From NCBI RefSeq assembly GCF_018350175.1, contig NC_058368.1:203610001-203674000 (forward strand): a stretch of 64,000 bases of DNA, given 5' to 3'. The notes below the pieces were generated by a model, which was not told the DNA's origin, made no database searches, and saw only the letters and a list, made by a program, of their open reading frames with translations. The translations under genes and the position numbers were made by a program. This stretch comes from Felis catus (Eukaryota). Each line of letters starts with the position of its first letter. Positions within the stretch are counted from its first letter, which is position 1. This document shows positions 11,791-23,879 of the stretch, piece after piece.

Positions 11791-14116
11791 TTGGGACACT
11801 TGACAACAATCATGAGAAAGAGATTTCGTTTAGAGAAGTTAGGATTTGTTTACTACACTATACTAATTATAATATGTTTCAGTACATTGTCTAAAACTAT
11901 CAAACATTATAATTTTGAGTAAAATGTTCGGAGCGAAATAACAGATGTGACAGATTCTGGATTCGTGAGGCTCTGACATTTATGGAGGTGCTTCCAAGTT
12001 CCACAACAAAGTTTTTGAAAAGTACATTCTTCACCCAGGAGAGCACCACTGCTACTCAATAAAATACAATCTATACTTGTATCGAGAGTGGTCCCCACAA
12101 ATTACAATTGGTGTAGTCAACCATAGCTCAAATACACACTGAATCCCTCTCCCTCCCCCATGCCTTTCTTCACTCATTCACTTTTCTCCACACAGATTCT
12201 TCTCCTCAACTTTTTAAATTCTTACCTACTAAAATCCTATCCCTGAAAGATTCACCCAAAACATCAACCATCTTCTTCAGGACAACATTTTATTATTTAA
12301 AATCATGACAATGTATTTTCTCTCTCATATAGCACTTAAAACATTCTCCTTGTATTGTAATTACTTTAATTATTTGTGTCCTTACTCTACCCAGGTTTAA
12401 AACTCCTTGATGGTAAAGATTGTGTCTTGTCTTTGCCTCCTCCATAGTAAGAGATAACATAAATCCTACACAGTGTTGCTTAATAGGTATTAGCCGAATT
12501 AATTTACTCAAATAATCTCTAGGATTCCTTTATATATTCATGTTCTGTTTATTTAGGAGAGAATAATGGAATTTTGCATTTATTTTTATATCTAGTTTTC
12601 CCCTTGTCTGTACCAATTTTATTAAAGTTTTACTTGCCTTTTACTTTCTCCTACTTTTTAAAGTTGCCTCTTACTTTAAAAAAAATGTTTAAGGAGAAAG
12701 TTACCATGATGGCCAATAGCTTGTTTATTCTAATAGCCCCAAAAGAGAAGTATTCTTGGTCCAACCTGATTGCTGGGGAGAAAATCAGTCAGATGCTTCT
12801 CTTCTGGAGAAGGATGAAAAGCATAAACTGGAAGAGAAACTTGTGAATGGCCCTCCTCAGATTAACTACCCAATGATTCATCAAAACATAACTCATGCCT
12901 TGGCAAGTTAAAAGAAAAGATGATTTACATGAAAATTGTGACTTCTAGGTTATTTCCATTTGGACTTCATCAGTTTGCAAAATCCTCCCCATTACTATGG
13001 TGATGTTCCATTCTTTGGTAGAATCTGCTCATAAACAGGAGCTGATTTATGTCACAATCACTTGTAATGTCAATAATCAAACTTCATCATGTAGGATTTC
13101 AAGTATAATTCAAAATAAACTTTACAGATTGCTATTATTTACTTACATGAATTTGAATTTGCCAAATACCGGCTTTTTCTAATATGGTTTTTAAGTAATA
13201 TATTTTTATATAAAATACTTCCTATTTTCCAGAATACAGCATGGCTGATACCTTGGGCCTTATTAACTCCCTAATCTCACTTCTTGTGACTTTCTGCCTT
13301 GCTCCTTGTTCTCTAGTTGGTAAATCAAACTTATGATTTTTCTGGAAAACACCATACTGTTTTCACCTTAATGCTTGTGTTCATGTCTTCCCACCTTTCC
13401 CCTGAATGCCTCTTGTGCAACCTTCAAAACTCAGTTCAAGTCTCATCTCCAAAGAGGAAGTCTGCCTTGGAGCCACAGCCAATATGAGCCATGTTTATTT
13501 TTGCCTCTTTTGTCTTCCATCTTAGCTCTCACTATCACTTAATATGTTTTATTGTAATTCTCTGTGTATTTGTCTTTTACTCCCAGTACAGCACAGATTT
13601 TGATTGAGGAGGAGGGATTTTAGATTTTGATTGATTCATCTGACTTTATGTTCCCATTTCCTACAAGAGTGCCCTTCTCCTCATAGGTCTTCCTATGTAT
13701 CTGAATTAAACTGTCCCAAAGCTCTTAAACAGATTTAGAAAGCCACTTGGGATAGTCATCTTTTAAGAGACATCAAAACTGATGTTGTTACAACAAATTT
13801 CACTACAAGAATATGTCTTTAAATTTAAAAAAACAGCTGACATATATGAATGGGAAATATAATTTGTGTTCCCTTTCATTGATGATATAATTTTTAGGTG
13901 TTAGTTTCTTTGAGTAACAAAACAGTACTTTATAACTTATAAGATAATTGTATGCTCATATAAGTTGTTAAGAAATACAGAAAAATTTGTATGCCTTTCA
14001 CTTACTTTCCCTTAGGAGGTCATCCTTTAATTGGCATTGAATTTTGAACCAAAATACACTAAGTTATTAGTCTAACAACGATAAAGCAAAATTCTGGTTG
14101 TCCTTTGCAAAAATAC

Positions 14117-14353
14117 TTTTTTTTAAGTTTCTTTTTTTTTTTTAGTGTTTATTTATTTTTGAGAGAGAGACAGAGAGACAGAGTATGAGCAGGGGAGGGG
14201 CACAGAGAGAGGGAGACACAGAATCCGAAGAAGGATCCAGGCCCTGAGCTGTCAGCACCGAGCCCAACGCAGGGCTCAGACCTGTGAACCATGAGATCGT
14301 GACCTGAGCCAAAGTCTGATTGATGCCTAACTGACTGAGCCACCCAGGCGCCC
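14117..14353 (-). mobile_element. Can-SINE (SINEC_Fc-like)
   Basis: Full body; 16-bp TSD tgcaaaaatacttttt at 14106 and 14354. Confidence 0.95.
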
Positions 14354-16049
14354 TGCAAAAATACTTTTTATTGGAAGACTTGATCATTCTCACCAAAGAA
14401 CATAGAACACTGGAGAGATTTTTTATGAAAAATGGACAAGTCCTCTAGGCTTGAGCCCCTCAGAAAGTCACTTTCGTATTAACAGATGTTCATAGTAAAG
14501 ACAGTCATTGTTCATTACCACAAAATTATCAGATTTGCTGGCATATGTTATACCATAAAAGTTCTTTTTCAGAATTTGAAAGACCCTTAAATCATCTAGT
14601 TCTTCCCACTTTGTATTTTGAAGCATAGTGAACCTTTTCACACTAGTCTTAACTGGTTACAGAGTGGGGAAAATGGTTCATTGACTGAATGGATTCTTTC
14701 AATATCGAGATTCTATTTTGTGCAAAGCAGAAAAACCCAGGGGTTCCAAGCTAAATATGATATATCATGTGCAGTGCATGCTCAGAAGTGATTGGTCAAG
14801 GATTTGGTAACATTTGTCTCACGTTTCTCCTTTTGTCAACTCAGTCTGTTACTATAGATTAACCCCACTACATCTTGTTCACCTTCAAAAATCCTGCTTT
14901 ACTCTTTGCTTCAATCTTTCATTCTAACAATTTCCAGTTACAAAAGCACATATAGGGAACACCTTGCAATTTACTGACAGTGCTTACTTATTTCTTAGGC
15001 AAAGTAAATACTGGCCTAAATATTTTGCCCCAGAATTCAACCTCCTGCCTCACTGTGTATCTTCTGCTTGTGACATAAAGTATATTAGATTCCCTTCCCT
15101 GATACTTAGACATTTTCCTCTGTGGCATTCCTATTAAAGACTATTATCTTGATGAGTCATTTTGTCAGATGGTTTTCCAACAGGATTCCCTTGAGACAAT
15201 GGGAAAGAGAGGGGGGATATGATGGAGAGACAAGTAGTCAGAGATGGAGAGAAATAGTTTGAAAGCCAGAAGCTTAGGTATTGGAGCCATCATTACTGAC
15301 CTGTGTCACCTCATCATCTTGTATCAGTTATATAATCTCACAGCCTCTGGTTTTTTTCATCTGTAATTAAGAGCAATGCCCATCTTAGAGGACTGTTGTG
15401 AGAATGAAAGAAATAAACTATAAGAAACTATTTTAAAATATGCAAATAAGTGAGTGTATTTGTTTGTACCTTGAGGGCAACTAGCTGCATAAGGAAACAG
15501 GATACTAAAAATACAGATACGGTCTCCTTCACCCTTTGTAACCTATCCTTGGTTTGAGCTTGCCAACTGAGATTTATTTCACCCTATTATTGAGGGAGTG
15601 TGTTGTGTTAGGTCAGAGGCTTCCTACAAGATACATGGAAAGAATGATTCATTCATGGCATGTAGTCTAGCTCTCTGGTTTTGTCAACTTTGCAGTGGGG
15701 GAACTCAAACATTTCTATTGGTCTCCACATGGCTGGTCCACCTAGGACGGATGAGGAGGAAAGAAGGTATTCATGTCTTAAGAACAAGCCACTCTTTCCC
15801 TACGGGAAGGTATATGTATAAACACCCAATTTGTTGAGCACATTTAGAACGGCATTTCTTATGACAGTTGATACATAATAAATGATAACGTATAATCACC
15901 TTTCAGAGTTTATGGGCTAAGCCAATGGGAATTTGTATGTTCTGTCCAGGAGTTACACAGTTTGGTGAAGGAGGAGTTCCAAAATCTATTAAGTGTGAGA
16001 GGAAATTTATTTTCTTTAATAATATTTAAGGAGGCACTAAAGCTCTAGC

Positions 16050-16250
16050 TGCAGGCAAGTTCTAATTATTTTACACGTACCAGCTCATTTATTCCTCACA
16101 ACACGACTAGGAAGGAGGTACTATCGTGTTGCCCATTTTACAAATGAAATGTAAACACAAGCAGTTCAGTGACTTCTCCTGTGGTCATTCACCAGTAAAT
16201 GTAAAGCCAGATTCAAACCCAGACACTCTGGATCCAGAAGCCTTTGCTAT
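16050..16250 (-). mobile_element. MIR relic
   Basis: ctcatttattcctcacaac...cccattttacaaatgaaa...gattcaaacccag is MIR core. Confidence 0.65.
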
Positions 16251-17098
16251 TCACCTGAGAAAGCTTTTCCGAGTTCTAGAATAAGAAGTAGTCTTAGCAC
16301 CTGAGGGTTTCTTAACCTAAAATAGATTTGGGGTAAAATATCAAATGTTCTCCCTTTAGTTACCTACATACTTTTCAGAGAAAATTACCTTTAGATGCAC
16401 CAACCAAAATATGTGTATGAGGACAAAAGTTCTCTTGTCTATCAGTTACAAAAACCTTCAGCGTTCCATTCTTTTTAGGGGGGGAAAAGCCTTTAAAAAT
16501 GCTGATGAATATTGGATATTCTCCCAACTCAGAGTAGTGATTTTGCTATTTTACAGATAATGTGGATGTTGGGATCAGTCTTTCTGTATCTCAGAATGTC
16601 AACACATTTTCCCAAACTGAATTTATCAGTTAAATGTAGCCAAGAGATTTAGTTTATCTGAGTATCCTACAACGGAGAAATAGTTTACCACTGTTTTTAC
16701 AGATTGAGGTAAATCTGACATATTATTGACATATGCTATGGATTTAATTTAATACCGTAGTACAGATGTGTGTTCTGATAAGTTTTTTGTGAAATCTAGG
16801 CTACAATAGAGTTGTTTCAATATTTATGGGGTTGAAAATGTAGAGTTAGCAAAGGAAGTATTTTAATTAAAACAACATTTTTCCTTATGTGCTCGGAATA
16901 AAAAGAGGGGAATTCTTTTAAAGACTTACTATTTTTTCAATATAACTCCTCAGTTTTTAGGCACATTGAAAGAGGTTTGGGTTTTTTTTTCCCCCAGTTT
17001 TTTAAATCTACTAATTTTAGAATGATCAGAAATTAAAACTCAGTAGGTCTTCTGATTTCCTTTCTTTCACCTAAATTTATGCGACTCTTTAAGTTTAG

Positions 17099-17263
<165 letters not shown>

Positions 17264-17992
17264 TAATTTTCCAAGTCCGCTGTAGTAAATCATTGCCAGA
17301 GTTTTGGAATGTTTCCCTCAGACATTGAAGAGCTTTGTTATCATTCTATTGCTAGTAAACAGAGCCACAGTGGGCTGGTCACCAGAGTTTCAAGGGCTGG
17401 CAAAGCGGCTCTTGCAACTCTGTAATTTCCTCTGTTGTTCACCCATCAGTCTGCCACACAAGCTGTTACTGGCATTCGTCAGTCCATGCTCTGAACTGTT
17501 AAAGGGTCAGACTCTCACGGAAGCATCTGGTCAGATTGGCACGGGTGCTGCAGACAACTTGGAGAAGAATCATTGAAAACAAAGATCTTAAATTAAGGAG
17601 GAAATCATATACTGTGTTTTAGAGCTGGTGTTTTGTATTCTTTTAAAATATGAGATGGGGAGACAGATTAAGAAATTTACCATTTGTGTGCCGTTCAATC
17701 AACTCCATATTTTTATTTATGTGGGCGACAATCATCAATTCAGTGATGGAGCTGGAATCCAGCCAATGCTTTGAGTACATATATCTCTGGTGTTTCATAG
17801 CAAGTATTAAGGACTATCACTTCAAAATGTGTAAATAACCTTATTTTGTTGGTTAGCATAAGGATGATGGTAGTGGCTGCGTAGAGCCAGCAGGTCCCAA
17901 AGTTCAGTATGCATCACAATCACCGGGAAGATTAAATCACATTTCTAGATTTTTTGATACACTAAAGCTGTGGTAAGTTCTAGGAATTTGCA

Positions 17993-18250
17993 TTTCTTTT
18001 TCTTTTCTTTCTTTCTTTTCCTTCCTTCCTTCCTTCCTTCCTTTCTTTTGAGAGAGAGAGAAGGAGAGAGAGAGAGCACAAGCAGACAAGCAGAGGACGG
18101 GAAAAGGAAGAGGGAGAGAGAGAGAATCTCAAGCAGATTCCACTCCCAGTGCAGAGCCTGATGCAGGGCTCAATCTCACAAACCGTGAGACCATGACCTA
18201 GCTGAAATCAAGAGTCAGACACTTAACCGACTGAACCACCCAGGCACCTC
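17993..18250 (-). mobile_element. Can-SINE with (TTTC)/(TTCC)n-converted tail, in FGF10 intron 2
   Basis: SINEC body ending accgactgaaccacccaggcacctc. Confidence 0.9.
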
Positions 18251-19526
18251 AAGAAATGGATAATTCTTAAATGAACAGCGTCATCAAAATATTTACTACT
18301 TCTCTCATTTCCCCACTTTTTTCTTCTGTCCCAACACAGCTCATGTACTGTGCCTATGATGCTTCTTGAACTCTGAGATGTGTGAATTATCTTGTCCCAT
18401 CTCTGTATCTAAAGTAGACGCCCACTTTCTAGCATAGCACCCCCTTTTACTTATCTGCAATAGGATTCATCGGAAAAATCTCTGATTACTGTGTTTAGTG
18501 TTTACTATCTTCCCCCAGTTTATTGTAAACTTCAATTGGGCAGGGTCTGCCTTGTCCTGCACCATACCCTCAGCACGCAGTCCATCCAGAGCACAAAGTC
18601 ATAAATGCATAAACCTAACCACCTCTCCTAGCAGCTCATCCCATCGTAGGCTGTCCCTCCACTTTCAGCCCATTTCAGAAAGAAGTCCATTTTCTAACCA
18701 CAGTGCATTGGGTTTGCAATTTTGCATTACCACCAGGAAGAGTAAAATATGATGGCTTCAAATTAAATGAAAAATCTACTCAAACTGAATGTCCCTCTCA
18801 GGGTGGACTAGGAATTTTGCACTGAAGGGTATGCCATCAAAATTCATGAGGACATACCTAATATAATTCTGTATATCAGTGGCAATGCTTATAAACACCT
18901 GTCATCTTTTTTCAGGTGATCTCCATTGATGCCAGAAACCTTCTTGAAAATATTAGGCCAACACTCAGAGTGATTAACTAAACCAGCTCTTTATTCTATT
19001 CTGTATTGAATACTTTCCTCTGTTCCTTTTGGGAAATGTATGTCTCTCTTATATTTTCATTATTCCTTCTCTGAATAATGCATCTATGGTATTCTTGGTT
19101 TCCACATGACTGACAGAATTAGGTTAACTAGAAAATGGTGTTTAAATAAAACAGGCTCTCATCCAGCCTGATTTAAGGACCAAAGAAATTTATGAGGCAT
19201 CCTGAGGAAGTTTAAAACCTTTCTCTAAACTACCAAAACCCTACTTTTGAGATCTTGCTCTAGCCTAGACTTTTTTTTTTTAACTTTAATACTGATGATT
19301 CGCCTAAATGCTGTAAACACATAGATTCCTAGGTCCCTCCTCCAGAGATTCTGATATATTTGAGCTAAAGTGTAAATATCAAAAAACACTTGAGATTAGG
19401 AGTCTGCCACAGGTATACCTCACTTTAAGAGACATTGCTCTATAAATTTATATTGGGGAGACAAAATAACTACACATCCACTGCTCTTTCCTATATACAG
19501 CTCTGTTGCGAATATGAAGTCATCTC

Positions 19527-19749
19527 AGGGCACCTGGGTGGTTCAGTCAGCTAAGTGCACCCAACTCTTGATTTCGGCTCACGTCATGATTTCGCGGCTT
19601 CATGGGTTTGAGCCCCACGTTGGGCTCTGCGATGATGGCATGAAGCCTGCTTCGGATTCTCTGTCTCTCCATCTCCCTCTGCCCCTCCCCGACTTGCACT
19701 GTCTCTGTCTCTCTCAAAAGGAATAAATAAACTTTAAAAAATAAAAATA
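19527..19749 (+). mobile_element. Can-SINE in FGF10 intron 2
   Basis: gggcacctgggtggttcagtc head, A-rich tail, TSD aagtcatctca / aagtcatccca. Confidence 0.93.
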
Positions 19750-21239
19750 AAGTCATCCCAAAAACCTCAGTCCTCCCACAGTCTCTAAACTGCACCCCCT
19801 TTATTAGAATGAATATAACTATGCTAAAAAATCATCTCTGCTTTGAAAGCCACATAGTTTTAGACAAACTAAGATGAATAAATGGGAAAAAAAACATAGG
19901 AAAGACTTAAATTCCTTTCTAATGCAGAATTTTTGTCACATTAAAATCTTTACCTTAAATAATTTACCGATTTTCCTCTTACTTTCAACCAAATGAACCA
20001 TTTGAATGTTACACTTCAATATCATGTTATAGAAGAGAACCACATTGGATAAATAAATTCCAGGAAACAAAGCTTAAACTAGAAACATGAACATAATATA
20101 TACCTGTTTGTGATGGTTCTGATAATGTTCAAAATTAGGATCTAGTTCACAGAAACCTGAATATTTAAACATACACACGTTCAGGAGTTGAGAATTTAGT
20201 AACTTTTTTTTTTAATCCCGAGGTGAGAAAAACTGTTTGAACTGCCCAGTAGAGGCCAGCGAAAGATGCCTATCATACCCTTGGCTTGGATTGGAAAAGG
20301 TAGAACCAGAAGAGCAAAAGCTCCAATTCTTGAGCTTCTTACCTGCTTTAGTGTGGGTGTAAGGGAAGAGGGACATTTCCAAAGCCAGAGTTTTGAGATT
20401 AGTGAGGTACCTCCTCTACATCAGTAACTCCAGAGTGAGACACTGGATCTATGGAATGAAGGAAAATCAATTCTTGTCCCAAAGACCCCTTAAAAACACA
20501 TGGTCATCTGTAACAAAGCCAAAGGACTGTGACAACTGAGTGGAATTTCTGAGGGTCAAAGTCTCAGGTTTATACACTATACAGTGATCAGTCACCATGT
20601 TTGTAATTTCTTTGATATGGTAATTCACAAAGCAAGGCATTTCATGTCCTAATTTTCAATCATTCCTAGAGCTCAGAGTAAAATCTGTTAAAATTCTAGG
20701 TTATGGAGAAATCTAGTATTTTTAAGAAAGGAAGGCATCCCTCCACCCCTCTCTGGCCTCTTGATTATCTAGAACTATTATGATTTTCCTATTAAGATCT
20801 GTTTTCTTACCAACGTGGATGTATTTATTATGGATTTACAGGCAAAGTCTGCAAACTTGAGAAACACAGGTTTTTCTGTAATTCTATTTTTCCGATGAGA
20901 CCCCATGGTCCTTACTCTGAAAACAGGATTGTAACACTATTGTTTGTCATTGGCTCTTCACAAATACCACCAGTAGAATCTTTGCTCTCGACAATCATTC
21001 TAGGCACTTAAACCATGTCATCTTCAAAACACACTAGCTTTTTAAAGGGACCCTAATATGTTTATGATGGTCAATTAAAATGAATCATGAGCCTTCAAAC
21101 ACAGAATCTGCTTTGTGGTTGAGTTTTGCTCTTCTGTTGTTGATAATGTGCCTTAAGTGCACAACTTAGGTACAAATGGTAACAGCAAAGAAAGCTCTTG
21201 AACTGGAGTTCTCCGGATGGTTTGTGTCAAATGGAATGA

Positions 21240-21482
<243 letters not shown>

Positions 21483-22108
21483 AGGAAGGAACGTTTGTGG
21501 ACACAGCAGAACTAAAGGCCCTTTCGCCAGGACTAGTCGGTATTCTTCATGAAGACAGTAGCTCAAAAGGCAAAGACACACTGCAGATGTCTGCCTGCTT
21601 GCAAGAAAGGAAGTCTTTGAAGGTTTTGTACTCACTGCTGACATATGATGTTCTTTTAATTAGTTCTGTGTCATGCCTTATAATCGAGATAATAGGCAGA
21701 TTAAATGGGATGGAAGTTATTCCTAAGTGAACAACACTGTGGCTGGGTGTTTGGTTACGTTTTTGTTTATGTTCTTGTTTTTGAACCTCTGAGATAGAAC
21801 TTAAAGGACATGGAACAATCTGTTGAATGATCTTCGGGAAAGTTATTTATGGAATACGAACTCGTATCAAAAACTTTCATTGCTCATTCAAGCCTAGTGA
21901 TTCAATGAGCAGTAGGACATGCAAGCATTTACTGGAAAGCACTTGGGTCATATCATATGCACAACCAAAGGAGCTTTGGGCGTGGCATCACGGAAGAATT
22001 GGATAAGATTTAAAAATGTAAACATGTTAGCGTAAAACTGTTCTAACAAAACAAATAGTATGGTATGCTTGTGCATTCTGCCTTCATCCCTTTCTATTTC
22101 TTTCTAAG

Positions 22109-22120
22109 TTATTTATTTAA
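22109..22120 (+). promoter_or_regulatory. AU-rich element (TTATTTATT nonamer, overlapping ATTTA) in FGF10 3' UTR
   Basis: ttatttatttaa at 22109-22120; a second ttatttat at 21843-21850. Confidence 0.5.
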
Positions 22121-23788
22121 TAGGATGTTAAATATCTTTTGGGGTTTTAAAGAGTATCCACAGCAGCTGCCCTCTGATTTACCTTTTCTTTTTCTTCAGC
22201 ACACCCCATGCATGTTCATGACAAAGTGTTTTTAAAACTTGGCAAACACTTAAGACTAGGAGAGGAGCTAGGGAAGGAGGGTGAGAGCCCCGTGTAGTAT
22301 CAGTTAACTTAATATCACTTCTGCAACAAGAAGAATCAACAGTAAATATGACAGTGCTGGGGCATGGCTTGATGAGACATATCTGCCATCGTTTAGAAAG
22401 AGCTATCACTCCTAAGGCTTCCTTTCATAAAAAATAGACCAGAACGCCAAATTCTTTTCTCTCAGTATATCAGTGGGTCTCCAATACAAAAAGAAGGAAA
22501 ATTGTGAAGTAAATTTTAGTAGCCTAGCCTCTTATTTGCTAATGATTTTTTGCCATGTCTCACAGTAGTAAGTGATGAAGAGGCTGTCTGCATATATAAG
22601 AACCCTGTGTAAGTCCCACATAGCACATCTCCCCCAAAGGAATTATCAAGGAATTTGAAGTGCAACCCTTCCAGGGGCTTAAACTGAGCAAATATATCCT
22701 GGTATATGTCTAATCACATACGGAAACCTGTTCCAGCTGTATGGCCTAGTCATTACAAAACCAAATAAAACTTATTTTCTGTAAATTTAAAGAGCTTTGG
22801 AAGATTCCATAATGTAACCATATCAAAATTCATTTTGTTAGAGCAGGCATAGAAAACAATACATAGGAATATACCAGTCATCGTCACATTGTATTCCACT
22901 AAATAAACACATAAGCCTTATTTGCAGTGTCTGTAGTGATTTTAAAAGAAAAGTGTAGAAAAATACTATTTGTTTTAAATACTTTAAATCATAACTATAA
23001 GATTATATTGATGCTGCGGTGTTATCTTCATATTTCTTGTTTTGAAAAGGTCTGTTTATTTTTATTGTTCAGACACAGTATTTTGGTACAAGGGAAAGAC
23101 TCACCAAATGTCTTTTTACTAAAGTTTAACCTCTAGAAAGGCTGGTGTTTTGTGATCCTCTCTTACAACTTCATTGTGTCGATACTTAACCAGCACGTCC
23201 AGTTAATCTGTTACTTAAGAATCAGTTTTATTAAGACATTTCCCCATGAAGTTATTCCATTACAGGTCTTTATTTTTTTCATTCCTTAAAAAAGTTGGAA
23301 TTTCAAAAGATATGCATTTGAGGCAGAGTGTTTTGGCTTATGGCTAAAGTTGCATTTCATAGCACTTGGCTTCCAACTTGCTTCTTGACAAATCAGATTC
23401 TAAAAATGTTTAATTTTTGTGGTTGGAATCTGTATGTTAAAATATAATTGGTAACTGAGTCTGAGAGTTGTAATGTAATGTATTGCTATCAGAACTAGAT
23501 TATCTTTGTTCTTTTATTTTAAAATAATAATTGCACCTGACACATGAACACGGACCACCCAAAACCAAAATTAAACGTTTGGTAAGACAAATACAGTATT
23601 AGATGACTACACTAACAGCAAACAGGGCACAAACTGGATTCGTATTTCACATAGCCATTTAGATTACCAAGGAGACTATGTGTAAACAGGCATCATTATT
23701 GCACTCGAAACACTAAAACAGCTTCTAGCAAAATGTATCAAAGCTTGCAGAAGCCAAAAATAGAAAACATATCCCTCACCTCCCCACC

Positions 23789-23790
<2 letters not shown>

Positions 23791-23876
<86 letters not shown>
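23791..23876. repeat. Compound (CA)21(GA)22 microsatellite
   Basis: Direct reading of the sequence. Confidence 0.97.

Positions 23877-23879
<3 letters not shown>

Noticed and set aside
17304..17576. 90-aa ORF in GC-richer sequence just after exon 2
   Set aside because: Non-ATG start, no recognisable protein similarity and no clear exon boundaries; it lies in intron 2.
21930..23640. miRNA seed matches in the 3' UTR (AGCACTT near 21938 and 23361; AACTGGA near 23632)
   Set aside because: 7-mers occur by chance in a multi-kb UTR and cannot be supported without conservation data.
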